Part shown: in pieces, positions 14,469 to 27,364 of the stretch
Layout: each line of letters opens with the position of its first letter
Numbering within the stretch: position 1 is the stretch's first letter
NCBI GenBank assembly: GCA_028534125.1
Contig: CM052817.1
Coordinates: 87,918,001 to 87,982,000 of the forward strand
Length of the DNA: 64,000 nucleotides
Direction of reading: 5' to 3'
DNA from: Lama glama
Lineage: Eukaryota
The notes under the pieces: model-generated
Seen by the model: the letters and a program-made list of their open reading frames with translations, nothing else
The model's database searches: none
What the model was told of the DNA's origin: nothing
Position numbers and translations under genes: made by a program

Positions 14469-17400
14469 ATGGCAACAAACACACATCTATAAATAATTAC
14501 CATAAATGTCAAAGGGCTAAATGCTACAATCAAAAGACATAGAGTGGCAGATTGGATAATAAAATGAGAGCCTACAGTATGTCTGCCTACAAGAGACCCA
14601 CTTTAGAGTGGAGGACACACATTGATTAAAGGGGAGAGGATGGGAAAATGATATTTCATGCAGATGGAAATTACAAGAAAGTGAGGGTAGCAATATTCAT
14701 CTCAAACAAAATAGACTTTAAAATAACACCCATGAAGAATGATAAAGAAGGACATATATAATATAACAGGATTAATATAAGATATATAATATATATATGA
14801 TATAAATACATAAGATAAAAGGAATATAAGAAGAGGATATTACACTCATTAACATTTTTGCCACCAATATAGGAGCACTTAAATATATAAAACAAATACT
14901 AATAGTTATAAAGGGAGAAATTAATGAGAACACAATAATAGTAGGAGACTTTAATAGCCAACTAACATTGTTGGACAGATCTTCCAGATACAAAATCCAT
15001 GAGACAACAGAGATACTAAATGATACAATGTAGCAGTTGGACTTAATTTATATTTTTAAGACATTACAACCCCAAAAAGCATAATAAACATTCTTTCCCA
15101 GTGTGCATGGAACATTCTCTAGGATAAACCACATACTCAGACACAAAAGTAGCCTCAGTGAATTTAAGAGGATAGAAATTATTTCAGGCATCTTTCTGAC
15201 CACAATAGCATGAAACAAGAAATCAACCACAGAAAAACAAATGAGCTAAAAAAAATGACTGCATGTAGTATAAACAACATACTATGAAAAATACCAATGG
15301 GTCAATGATGAAATCAAAGAAGAAATTTAAAACTACCTTGAGACAAATAATGATGAAAACACAACCACACAAAATCTATAGGACGTAGCAAAAGCAGTCC
15401 TAAGAAGGAAGTTCATAGCAATAGAGGCCATCCTCAGAACACAAGAACAATCTCAAAGAAACAATCTAACCTACCACCTAAAAGAACTAGAAGTGCAAAC
15501 AAAACCTGAAGTCAATAGCAAGAAAGAAATAATAAAGTTCAGAAAGGAATTAAATAAAATTGAGATTAAAAAACAATAGCGAAAAATCAATCAAACCAAG
15601 AGCTTTTTTTTTTAAAGAATAAAAAAAAATCGACAACCCTCTGGCCAGGTTTACCAGGAAGAAATGAGAGAGGACATAAATAAACAAAATGAGAAAGGAA
15701 GGTGGAGAGATTACAACCAACACAACAGAAATATAAGAAAAAATAAGAGAATACTATGAACAACTATATGACAACAAATTGGACAAGCTGAAAGAAATGG
15801 AGAAGTTTTTAGAAACATATAGTCCACCAAAACTGAATCAAGAACAAATAGATTATGTGAACAGACCTATCACTAAAAGTGAAATAAAATCAACAATAAA
15901 AACCTCCTTGCAAACAAAAGTCCAGGACCAGATGGCTTCAATGGGGAATTCTACCAAGAATACAAAGAACTCATATAGACTCCTCTCAAATCCTTCCAAA
16001 AGATTGAAGAGGAGGGAATACTTCCAAACTGATTCTATGAAGCTACCATCACTTTGATAACAAAACCAGACAAAGACACTACCAAAAAAGAAAATTACAG
16101 GCCAATATCACTGATGAACATAGATGCAAAATTTCTCAACAAAATATTAGCAAACAAAATTGAACAACACATCAAAAAGATCATACACTATGATCAATTT
16201 GAATTCATGCCAGTGACACAAGGATCTTTCAGTATGTACAAATCGATCAATGTGATACACCAAAACAACAAAAGAAAGGACAAAAATCACATGATGCGGA
16301 AAAAGCATTTGATAAAATGCAACACCCATTTATGATAAAAACTCTTACCAAAATGGGTATAGAGGAATTATATCTCAACTTAATAAATTATTTATGACAA
16401 ATCTACAACCAGCATCATACTCAGAGGTGAAAAGTTGAATGCCTTCCTGCTAAAATCTGTACTCAATGGTGAAAAATTTAACGCCTTCCCACTAAAATCT
16501 GGAAAAAGGTTGTCCACTCTCACCACTTCTATTCAAAATAGTATTGGAATTTCTAGCCATAGCAGTCAGAAAAGAAAAAGATATAAAAGGGATCCAAATT
16601 GGAAGAGAAGAGGTTAAATTGTCAGTATGTGGATGACATGATACTATGTATAGAAAACCTTAAGGCTCCACACAAAAACTACTAGAGCTGATGAAAGAAT
16701 TTGGCTAGGTAGCAGGATACAAGATTAACATACAGAAATCAGTTGCATTTTTTTATACTAATAATGAAATATCAGAAAAGTAAAGAAACAATCCTTTTAA
16801 AAATTGCACCCAAAGCAATAAAATACTCAGGAGTAAATCCAACCAAGGAAGTGAAAGACTTACACATGGAAAACTACAAAACTACAAAATTAAGGAAATT
16901 AAAGATGACTTAAAGTAATGGAAAGATATCCCATGTTCTTACATTGGAAGAATTAATATTGTTAAAAAGGCCATACTACCCAGAGAAATCTACAGATTTA
17001 ATGCAATCCCTATCAAATTACCCATGACACTTTCACAGAATTAGAACAACTAATCCTAAAATTTACATGGAATGACAAAAGTCCCACAATTGCTGAAGCA
17101 ATACTGAAGAAAAAGAACAAAGCTGGAGTAGTAACCCTCCCAGACTTTAGACAACACTACAGAGATACAGTAATCAAAACAGCATGGTATTGGTACAAAA
17201 ACAGACACATAGGACAATGGAACAGAACAGAGAACTCAGAAATACACTCACCAACTAATGGTCAATTAATCTTCAACAAAGGAGGCAAGAATAAACAATG
17301 GAGTAAAGACAGTCTCTTCATCAAGTGGTATTGGGAAAACTGGACAGCCACATGTAAATCAATGAAGTTAGAACACTCCCTCACACCATACACAAAAATA

Positions 17401-18327
17401 AACTCAAAATGGCTTAAAGACTTAAACGTAAGACAGGACACTATAAAACTTTTAGAAGAAAACATAAGAGGAACGTTTTCTGAGATAAATCTTAGCGTTG
17501 TTCTCTAGGGCACTCTACGCAGGCAATAGAAATAAAAGTAAAAATAAACAAATGAGACCTAATTAAATTTATAAGCTTTTGCACAGCAAAGAAACCCATA
17601 AACAAAACAAAAAGACAACCTACAGAATGGGAGACAATATTGGCAAATGATACAACTGACAAAGGCTTAATTTCCAGAATATATGAACAGCTGGTGCAAT
17701 TTAATAATAAAAAAACAAACAACCCAATCCAAAAATGGGCAGAAGGACTAAACAAGCAATTCTCCAATGAAGACAACAGATGGCCAATAGGCACATGAAA
17801 AAATATTCAGCATCACTAATTAGAGAAATGAAAATCAAAACTACTGTCACCTCACACCAGTCAGAATGACCATCATTCAAAAGCCCATAAATGACAAATG
17901 CTGGAGAGGCTGTGGAGAAAAGGGACCTCCCCAACACTGTTGGTGGGAATGTAATTTGATGTAGCCATTATGGAAAACAATATGTAGACTCCTCAAAAAA
18001 TTAAAAATAGACTTACCATCTGACCCATCAATCACACTTCTGGGCATATATCCAGAGAGAACCCTAAATTGAAAATATATATGTACCCCAATGTTTATAG
18101 CAACAATATTTACAATAGCCAAGAGATGGAAACAACCTGAATGTCCATCCACTGATGACTAGATAAAGACGCTGTGGTATATTTATACAATGGAATACTA
18201 CTCAGCCATAAAAAATAATAATGTCATTTTCAGCAACATGGATGGACCTGGAGATTGTCATTCTAAGTGAAGTAAGCCAGAAAGAAAAGAAAAATGCCAT
18301 ATGATATCACTCATATGTGGAATCTTA
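14469..18327 (+). pseudogene. L1 ORF2p remnant (APE endonuclease, reverse transcriptase, C-terminal Cys-rich domain), disrupted
   Basis: ATG at 14469. Motifs: TINVKGLN, CLQETH (~14584), IIVGDFN (~14935), SDH (~15195), KSPGPDGF (~15917), [14 protein letters not shown] (ORF 16054..16335). The RT catalytic motif reads YVDD (TATGTGGATGAC ~16626, likely CpG decay of YADD). CWRGCGEKG..HCWWEC at ~17899-17952. Many stops and frameshifts. Confidence 0.95.
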
Positions 18328-19035
18328 AAAAAAAAAGGACACTAATGAATGTATCTACAAAACAGAAACACACTCACAGACAGAAAACAAACATGGTTAC
18401 TGGGGTGGGGGGAAGTGAGTGGGAAGAGAGAAACTGGGAATTTGAGATTTGCAGATACCAACTACTATATATAAAATAAACAACAAGTTTATACTGTATA
18501 GCACAAGGAACTATATTCAGTATCTTGTAATAACATATAATGATGAAAAAGAATATGGAAATGAATGTATGTATGTATGTGTATGATGAAAATATTATGT
18601 TGTGCACCAGATATTGATACATTGTAAACTGATTATACTACAATAAAAATATTATTAAAGAGCACATTGAGTCTGTGAAGATTAAGAGCTATTGAGATAT
18701 TACATTGAGTTGATAAATTTTTGAAAATGTACCTAGATAGTCCTTTCCAAGTGATGACTTCTAATGAACATTCATAAACTTCTTCTGTGAAACAAACCTA
18801 ATACCAACTTAAACATTTATTGATATTTTTTCTCACAATTGTTTTGAACTGACTAGTCAGTGTTTCTACTATTACACATTTTACTCTATGGTTAACTTAT
18901 TCTGGCATAGTATAATTCTATCATAAATTTACAAGTATTGTAAGCTTCTTTTTTCAGCTCTTGGTGGGGGAAATAGACTGTGCATAACATTGACCATAAG
19001 AATATTATAAGATATTACATGAAGTTGCTCACTTG

Positions 19036-19450
19036 TGTGGCAGATATTAGGCAGATACTAAACACTCTTCCTCTTCTTGGACCAACTTTTAAATATGATC
19101 ATTTGCTTCTTTGCATACAGGTAGTTGTGCAGTTCATTCTTGCTGTGGCCCATGTGCAGAAGTGAGGTGCAGTACTCCCGGGCCGAGGTATTTAGGAGAA
19201 GGTGTGCTTTCTTCACTTTTTTCTCTTCCCAGCAGCAGAAAAATTAGAGGTTACATGTTAAAAATGGTCAAATACCACAAGGTAGAAAGAACTTGGGTCT
19301 CTGAATGAACATGTGAAGCAGAAACTGCTTCCCTGTCATCACCCCTCCCAGAATCATTACACTATATTCTGAATGAGCTGTAACATTTATGATATTGTCA
19401 GTGATAGTTTTATGTATTTTTATGGCAGGTGGCCCATCCTGACTAATTAA
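19036..19450 (+). mobile_element. MLT1 (MaLR; MLT1I/J-like) solo LTR
   Basis: TGTGGCAGA start; ATGTGCAGAAGTGAGGTG..ACTCCCGGGCCGAGG; AGAACTTGGGTCTCTGAATGA; ends ATCCTGACTAAT. Confidence 0.75.
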
Positions 19451-19879
19451 CATATCATGTAAGCACTTTTCACACTGCCTGGCATCAAATAACCACTTAA
19501 TAAATGATAGCTGTTACCAACACTTTTTATGTCAGATGATAAAATACAGTCTCTACAAAATATTCCTGCAGATAAAAGCATTTTTCTTACCAGCAATGCT
19601 ACCTTGTTTGGTTTTTACAAAGTAATTATATTTTGAATAAATCTAATTTTGTGCAACAAAATCTTGATATGCTATAAGATACATCTACATTACTGATTTT
19701 ATTATTTGCAATCCACCTGATATGAGTATTTCCAGAATTTCCCAGTTTTCCATTATTGTGAGTTTAAAAGACAGCCATCTGTCTCTTCTAATGATAGTTA
19801 GCTTGATCTATTTCAATAGCCATTATGCTGTATTCCACAGTTTAAAACTTAGTGTTATTCGGATTTTTTCTTCTCATGT

Positions 19880-19942
19880 TCCTTCATTCATTCAACACAT
19901 GTTTATTGCGTTACTAGTATGTGCTGAACACTCTGCTGGGTT
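19880..19942 (-). mobile_element. L2 3' terminal fragment
   Basis: TTCATTCATTCAACACATGTTTATTGCG...ATGTGCTGAACACTCTGCTGGG. Confidence 0.7.
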
Positions 19943-22311
19943 TCTTTCCATGATGGATGCTGTTCTTTGCATACCACAGAGTAGCCCTTGCTTCATTTGT
20001 CAAATGAATACATAGTAAGATGTATTTTTCTCTTTCACATGCAGGAGGACACTGGCCCAGGGTATTCCAAACAGGTAGTTTGCATATTATTGCCTTAATA
20101 TCCTCTTTATTTAGTTTTTTTATTGAAAATTGTGAATGATACTAAGTAATCTACAATCTGGCTTATTGTATGGTGAAAAGTGATGGTTAGGAAAGCTTGG
20201 ATGAGTAAAAAGTAAATATCTCCCTGATTCAGAGTACACAAAACAGTAGAAATTGCTCAGCTGAGCCATGAGTGCAGTGTCTAATCAAGTGTCACCACAT
20301 TTTATCAACTCATTTTTGAGACTGCACAATTAACCCTCATGTAGATAATCATTGGTGTAATATTTTTATTATTTATTAAGGAGATAGGAAAAATAGAAAT
20401 CACTGATACTTGGAAGCAAATGTGCTCTTCTCAGAAAAATAAATAAAAAGATAAATAAGTACATAGAATAAGATTTAGGAGAAATAAAAGAGCTATTAAA
20501 ACCTCACATACCCCCAAATTGAGGGGGCGTATAATCCTAAATATACTACTAATTTTAAGATAAGTTTAAGATAAGGGCACTTACATTTCTACCTGAAAGT
20601 TTTAAAAATACATGATTTTGTTTGACTTTTCTAATACTTGCCAGGATCTAGGTAAGCTAGAGTTATTCATCTTTTCAGTGGCAGTGACAAAGAAAACCAA
20701 TCTTTATCACTGAAATATTCATCATCATAAAACATAGCATACTTTTTGGTGTGATAAAGAGTCACAGAACATATGAATAGACGGCTGATTGTAATTGGAA
20801 TGGCTAATGTAGTATCCAGTTAAAGAACCTAGGAGCATATTTTACTAATACCAGAAGACAACTTTTAGAAATACATACTATTAACTTCATTTGAATAAAT
20901 CTTGCTACAGACATGGGGCATATGGTTTATAGTTAATTTAAATTATATAATCTTAAATAATTAAGTTAAAATGTTATTAATAATTTGGAAATTGATAGAT
21001 TTGATAAACGATCCATATGTCTCAGAGTGAAGAAATTTTAATTGAAGAGAATACTTGTATGTAGGGCAATTTTATGTCTTTTCTTTGTTATGAAAGATGT
21101 CATGAAGTAATGAAATGATGTGTTTCTGCTCTGGGATTGAGTACAGGAAAATAAAACAAAATAAATAAGTACTGTAGTTAGAATGATTTTAGAAGTTGTG
21201 ATTCCATAGTCAAATAAAACTTAAAAAGATAGTAGTAATTAGCGTTTATGTTAATATCTAATATGAGAGAATTTTGCACATTTTAAGAGCCAAAAAACCC
21301 TATAAAAATACATTCAAGTCATTTAATCACTCAATTAAGAGGTTACAAATATAAGTTAGTATAATACATGGACAAAGACTATGTAATCACCTTTGGTTTA
21401 CAGAGTCATTGGCATAATGAACACAAATGGGCTATCTGTGCGTATCACTGTAATAGACAAGAAGCCAATCATTATTCTGAATAAACCTACACTAGTCTTG
21501 AGAGCTTGACCAACAGAGATGGCCATCCTGATGATTTTGAAGTGTATGATTACTTCCTTAGTGGACAATCAACTTCTAACTGAAAGGATATTTAGAATTA
21601 AATTTAGAAAAGTTTAAGTGAATCATACCTACAGCATTGATATTTTTGAAATATGTAATATTTAAAATATTTATAATGTTTAACAAAATTTAGTGTATTA
21701 AGAGTTAAAAAAACATAATTCCAACTCAAAATAATTAATTTTAATTTAAAATAAATAATTTCATACTTGATTTAGACTTGAATTCTAAGTTGAAATCTTA
21801 CTAAACTTACATACAATATTAAAATGTTCCAGAGGATTTCAGATCATATCTGTATTGGGGTTTTTGAAGAGTGCACATTTTGCTGTGGAAAACTATCATG
21901 AAATAGATAATTAAATACAAATTTATAACATCTAAAAGCATTTCTTGTTACTGGTTTATACGATTTCTTGTTTTAGTCTGTTTTTTATTTATCAATAGTT
22001 TAATTTGGTACATGGTTCACTTAAGAAATATTGACACATTTGATATAATTTATTCCAAATAAAGGAAGGTGTAGAAAGGCATTTGATGTGAGTACTTCCA
22101 ACCTGAATATAATGCTATAAAATAACATTTCTGTCTCTGTTTCAAAGTAACATGAAAAATGAAAAACAGATTTCAGAGCCAGTTTAAATCTAGATATCCC
22201 TGAAGAGGATTATGGCTACCAAACTAGTGGAGATTAGTCATGAAGCATGCAGGAGAAACTAAGAGACAGAATAAAACTTATACATGTGTTTCATGTATGG
22301 AAGAGCCATTA

Positions 22312-22563
22312 CAGAGGTAACACTTGAACAATGTGAGTTTGAACTAAGTGGGTCCACTTACACCACTGGAATTGTTTGCAATGCTAAACACTACCATACT
22401 ACATGAACTAGAGTTGATTGAACTTGTGCATGTGGAAACAGTGATATGGAGGAACTTCTGATATGGAGGAATCACTCTACAAATACAGGCAACAAATTAT
22501 ACAGATTTTTGGCTGCACAGAGTGTCAGTGACCTTAACCTCCACATCGTTCAAGGGTCAACTA
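22312..22563 (+). mobile_element. MER8-like TcMar-Tigger non-autonomous DNA transposon
   Basis: Degenerate terminal inverted repeats CAGAGGTAACACTTGAACAA / CGTTCAAGGGTCAACTA, flanked by TA. Internal GTTTGAACTAAGTGGGTCCACTTA. Length ~250 bp. Confidence 0.85.
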
Positions 22564-22717
22564 TAAACATAATTAAAGATGAATGACATACCATGAACTA
22601 AAAACCTAAGTTCCTAGTCTGCGTTAACAGGAATGTAGATACAGCAGCCTATGGCAAGGGCTTCTCTGGACCCAAAGTGCAACAGGCAGTAGAGACAGGC
22701 TAAGTATCATTGAGCTG

Positions 22718-23157
22718 TGTATTAGTGTATGTATTCCTAGTCTCCTTTACTCTTTTTCCTCACTTCCTTTGTTTCTGGAAGGCTGACACTTTTGTTCTGA
22801 ATCAGCAAGATACCTTTGCCTTCTGTGATAAATAAGGTTTGGCTCATGGGAGGAAATAGTGGGGCCTCCAATGGAAGTGGGAGAGGGAGGTTGAGTATTT
22901 AGTATCCGAGTCCTCTCCGTAACAGACCACTTTAATCTATTAAAGGTTGCAGCTTCCATCAGGAAGCTCACTATCATAAGGCTTTTCTCCCATTAGGCAT
23001 GAAGGTGCTCTTGCTAGTCCTGGGTTGCCTTAGCTACTCTTGTTGAGTCCCCTAACACCCCTACGCTCGTAAATATTTTCACACACCCTTGTAAATACCG
23101 TCTTCATATATGCATTTGAGCATTCCATCTTTTCGTTTTCAACCTCCAATGATTCTA
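22718..23157 (+). mobile_element. LTR33-like ERVL LTR
   Basis: TGTATT start; GGAAGGCTGAC, CCTTTGCCTTCTG, GGTTTGGCTCATGGGAGG, GAGGTTGAGTATTTA, TTGCTAGTCCTGGG, CACACCCTTGTAAATA, TTTGAGCATTCCATCT, in the order I recall for LTR33. Confidence 0.75.
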
Positions 23158-24190
23158 TAATTTATACCAGAAATAATTTTGAACATAGATCCTAAGAGTG
23201 GGATTTAGGAATTGAGATACTCACATATTTGAGGGATTTGGGGTCTTTGAAGAATGGGATGGAAACACTGAGAGGTACCAGATGGGACTGAGAATCCCCA
23301 ATAATCCCTGAATACTACTTGTTGAGAAAAGCATGTCCTATGTCCCATCTGAGTTTTTCCATGCATGGATACATTTTAATGACTTTGAAGCAGTTGTCTC
23401 ACAAAGAGATGTCAGTTGCCTTTAATACATACTCATTGTCTTTAAGATATATAAAAATTAAATTTCAGCATAACCTGGTCCAGAAGAAGATGTCTATATT
23501 TTGAAAGAGTTGCAAAATCTTAACAATTTTTGATGGCAGGGGTCTCTGGATCATGTTGAAGAGTGAATGTTAAAATAGTTAGACTAATGAAGAGGAAGCA
23601 AAGTTTTCTCTATTAGTGGTATGGAACTTAATATGTTGGCTTAAAAATCTGTGAGTGACATTAAGAGTGTCTAGGCTGGGTATTTGAAGCTGGAATCAAA
23701 ACTGAGTCCAGTGTATGCTCAGGAACCTTACACACATATTCCACAGTAGGGTCTGAAATACATTTCCTTCAGCAGTAGAAACGCTGAAGAAACTAAGAAA
23801 TGCATCAGAGGAAAGGAAGAGGGATGTGCTTCATCATCTCTGAAAATCTCTGGGTTTATTATTTTTTCTTTCTTGGCTAGAGATGACTCTAGGAGATGTT
23901 GCAAATGGAACTGGGCCCCCTGCTTTCAATGGAAATAATGAGCATTCTGAACACTTTGGAGTCAGTTGGTAGCACTTAACCTTCAGAGAGCCCAGTAGAA
24001 TCAATGGTGGGTGAAATTATCATAACCAGGCCACAGGGACAGATTAGTAAACAGAGTGTTTTGATCAGCAGAGAATTGTGGAGAAGGCTGATTATAGGGT
24101 CTTTAGGATTGAAACATATGGGAAGCCTACAAAAATGCTGTTTGGAATATACAATTAGAGAAATTCCTAGTCTGGTGTGAAGAATTCTAA
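23158..24190 (+). mobile_element. ERVL internal remnant (leader plus gag C-terminal region)
   Basis: Follows the LTR directly. Frameshifted translation MELGPLLSMEIM..QLVALNLQR..GQISKQSVLISRELWRRLI..VFRIETYGKPTKMLFGIYN (23905-24155) resembles the ERVL gag C-terminus as recalled (QVAALNRQRQ..LWHWLI..GVPRSEIDRKPT..LLNLY). Confidence 0.75.
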
Positions 24191-24852
24191 GTCAGCATAC
24201 CCACATGCACACATGCACACACACACACACATCCTTTATAAATTAGGAATAAATAAATACATCCTCAGTAATAAAAAAAAAACAATAACAACAGCAAATT
24301 TGTCTATATCTACTTCACCTAAAAAGCCAGTGTTGTTTTACTAAGCAAACACAAGCATTATCCTCACAAGACTGTATACTATCAATAAAGTAGTATTATT
24401 CTGAAATTACTAGTTAATCTGTTTAGATCAGAGAAAGAAATGAAAAATATGAAACATGGATAAGAAATATTTTTTAATTCTGCAGAAGATACGCTAATAC
24501 ATTTGGAAAATGGGATTATACCAATTTCTGTTACAAAAGAAGAGTATGTATGAAATGATAGGACAAAATGTAATTAATCACTAACTTTATACACACAACA
24601 CTGATAATAAAATAATTCATTTCAAAAGCAATAGAAATATTATATATCAAAATTAATTCAGAATGAATATTAAAATCTACCTGAAGACATTCTTAAGGGG
24701 CATAAAATAACCTTGGAAGAAATGGAAAGGTATTTGACAGACATTCAAAATTTTTTAAAAAATTCATTTTTTTCTTTAAATATATTCACGCCCTTAAGGT
24801 GATATCAATAAAAATATCAGCAGGTGATTTTTGTGCTTGTTTCACTATATAC

Positions 24853-25395
24853 ATTTTTATTAAAGTATAATTGATTTACAATTCTGTGTTAGTTTTAGTT
24901 GTACAGAAGTTATTCAAGTATATATATTTTTTACTATTTTTAGTATAGGTAATTATAAGATATTGAATATAGTTCTCTGCGTTATACAGTAAACCCTTGT
25001 TGCTTATCTATTTTTATGTATAGTAGTTTATATCTGTTAATTCCACACTCCTAATTTATCCCTCCCCATCCTTTCCCCTTTGGTAACCATAAGTATTTTT
25101 CCTATGTTTGTGAGTCTATTTCTATTTTGTATGTAGATTCATTTATATTACTTTTTAGATTCCACATATAAGTGATATCATGTAATATTTATCTTTCTCT
25201 GTATGACTTACCTCACTGAGTATGTTATTTTTTAGATCCATTCATGTGGCTGTAAATGTCAATATTTTATCTTTTTATGGCTGAGTAATATTCCATTATA
25301 TATATTTGTATGTGTATATATACACATCTTCTTAAACCAATAATCTGTTGATGGGCTCTTGGATTGTTACCATGTCTTGGCTATTGTAAATAGTA
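24853..25395 (-). mobile_element. 5'-truncated L1 3' end (artiodactyl-type), inserted antisense into the older L1
   Basis: TTTTTATTAAAGTATAATTGATTTACAA; CCCTTTGGTAACCATAAGT; TTTTAGATTCCACATATAAGTGATATCAT; CATGTCTTGGCTATTGTAAATAGT. Confidence 0.9.
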
Positions 25396-26626
25396 TAATA
25401 GCAGCACTACTTGTTGGTATTTTTGATAGGAAATAGATGATCTAATTCCAGGCTTATATGGAAAGCTAACTTGCAACAGTAACCATGAACATTTTAAAAA
25501 GAAGAGAAATAATTGAAGACTAACCTTACTTGTTAAATCACAGTACAAAATCAGTATAGCTAATAAAGTGTGGTTTTGATGTACACATAAGCATACATAT
25601 CAATGAGAAGAATGGATATTGAAGAAAATATATATTTGATAATTAAATATATAGTAAAGATGGCATTTCAACTTATGTTAGGAGATGGATTATTCAATAA
25701 ATTATGTTGGAAAATCTGGGTACCCCACATAGGGAAAGCACAATTTTGGAACTTTTATCCAAAATTACATCAGGATATGATATATTCCAAGTAAATCAAA
25801 GACTTAACTAAAAATTCTGAAGCAATACAAGTGGTGGAAAAACACTTGGAAAACTTTTTCAGAAACAAAGTAGGAAAAGTGTGTCTTAACATGAAACAAA
25901 AGTATCAGACATTATAAAAGAAATAATTGATAAATTTGCTATATAAGATAAAAATTATGAAAAAATTTTAATTTAAGTTTAAAAACCCTAATTCTTGGGA
26001 AAATATATCTGCAGCTGATCTGAAAGGCAGTAGTTAAAAAATTAACATATCTTTCTACTAATCGATGAGAAAAAGGCAAATAATCATATTTTAAATAATT
26101 CATAGGTGAATGAACAAAGCTCTTAAGGATAAAATGAGGCTAAATCTCTCTCAAAATTACAGAAGTTAAAGAGTGCACATAAATGTAATTTCAGTGATAA
26201 GATTGACAAAAATTCTAGTTTGCTAACAACTGTATTATCAAAGTTATTAGATAAATATATATTCTTATAAATTGTGGGTAAATATACAGATTGATAAAAT
26301 ACTTAAAAGGGCAATTTTGACAACATTTTTGAAGATTTTAATTACATCTACTCTCTGATCCTGAGATTCTTTTCTGAATATATCCTATAGATATGTGGCC
26401 ATGAATCAGAGAAGGAGTGTGGAAGTTTATTAACTCAACATTTTTCAAAAACAGTCACAAAGTATTGAACCTAACTTTAATATCCATTAATGGTAAATCC
26501 ACTGATAAAACATTAATGATCCACAATGATCATATGTTATTGTATACACAATGCTATAGGTTAGACAGGTTAGAAAGAATAAGGAAACTATTTTGAATAG
26601 TATCAAAACACTGTACACATATAAAG

Positions 26627-26960
26627 TATATCAGCATATTAAGCAGAAATCAATGCAGTGGTTAATAAACCACTGCAGATCTTTGTGGCTTAAAATAACA
26701 ATTGTATTTCACTCCCACTTTTATGGACTCAATTTGGTAGAGATTTGCTGGGCTCCGTGTCTTAGAGTCTCCTGACCTCTGGACTTTCCCCAGAGTAAAC
26801 CAGCTGGATGCTGAATGACCTTTTCTGACCTAAATTCAGAAATTAATTACATATGTGTCACTAAGGTCAGTTTTAGTTCAAAGGAAAGAGGTTACAGACC
26901 CCTGCTGTTGATGGAAAGAGTTTCAAAGTATTTGCAGACATATGTTAAAATTGTCATACA
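26627..26960 (-). mobile_element. MLT1 (MLT1F/H-like) LTR remnant nested in the old L1
   Basis: TGTGGCTTAAAATAACA; TTTTCTGACCTAAATTCAGAA; GTCACTAAGGTCAG..TTCAAAGGAAAGAGG; TTGATGGAAAGAGTTTCAAAG..TTGCAGACATATGTTAAAA. Confidence 0.7.
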
Positions 26961-27364
26961 CTGTATGTAAAAAAAAGAAAATCTCTCCTACCTGTGTTAA
27001 GTGAAAAGAAGGGAGAAAACATAGATATAGCACAATATTTCTTATGTTTAAAGGGGGAACATATATTATGCATATGTTTCTACATGCAAAATTCATCTAT
27101 AGAACTGTATAGGAGAAATTAGTAACAGTTGCTGCCTTTGGGAATGGATAGAATGACTAAGAGACGTTTGCAAAGATTATGTTACTCTGTAATGCTTCAT
27201 GTAGTTTGAAAACTATCTTTTTCAAAAATTCAATGAAAACATAAGACAGTATTGTAAAGTGGGGATAAATACATTAGGAAAGAAATGTTAACCGATATTA
27301 GATAGAAAATAATGTTTGATATTCCGTGCTTAGAACATTTTTAAGACCATTTCCGTTATTTGGG

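Larger units (their letters stand above)
11581..18645 (+). mobile_element. Full-length LINE-1 retrotransposon (~7.07 kb), inactivated; lineage-specific, camelid-like subfamily
   Basis: Starts GGGAGATTGCCAAGATGG, a typical L1 5' end. GC-richer ~1.6 kb 5'UTR, then ORF1 and ORF2 remnants. 3' end is TGTGCACCAGATATTGATACATTGTAAACTGATTATACTACAATAAA. Flanked by an 11-bp TSD AAAATATTATT at 11570-11580 and 18646-18656 (T|AAAA endonuclease-type site). Confidence 0.97.
24400..27230 (+). mobile_element. Ancient L1 (L1M/L1ME-like) ORF2-3'UTR remnant, interrupted by a younger L1 and an MLT1
   Basis: A-rich L1-like text: AAATGGAAAGGTAT, ATCAATAAAAATATCAGCAGG, GATGGATTATTCAATAAATTATGTTGGAAAATCTGG, TATCCATTAATGGTAAAT. 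It resumes colinearly after each insertion. Confidence 0.7.

Noticed and set aside
22442..22470. TGATATGGAGGAA x2 inside the MER8-like element
   Set aside because: An ordinary small slippage duplication with no further structure.
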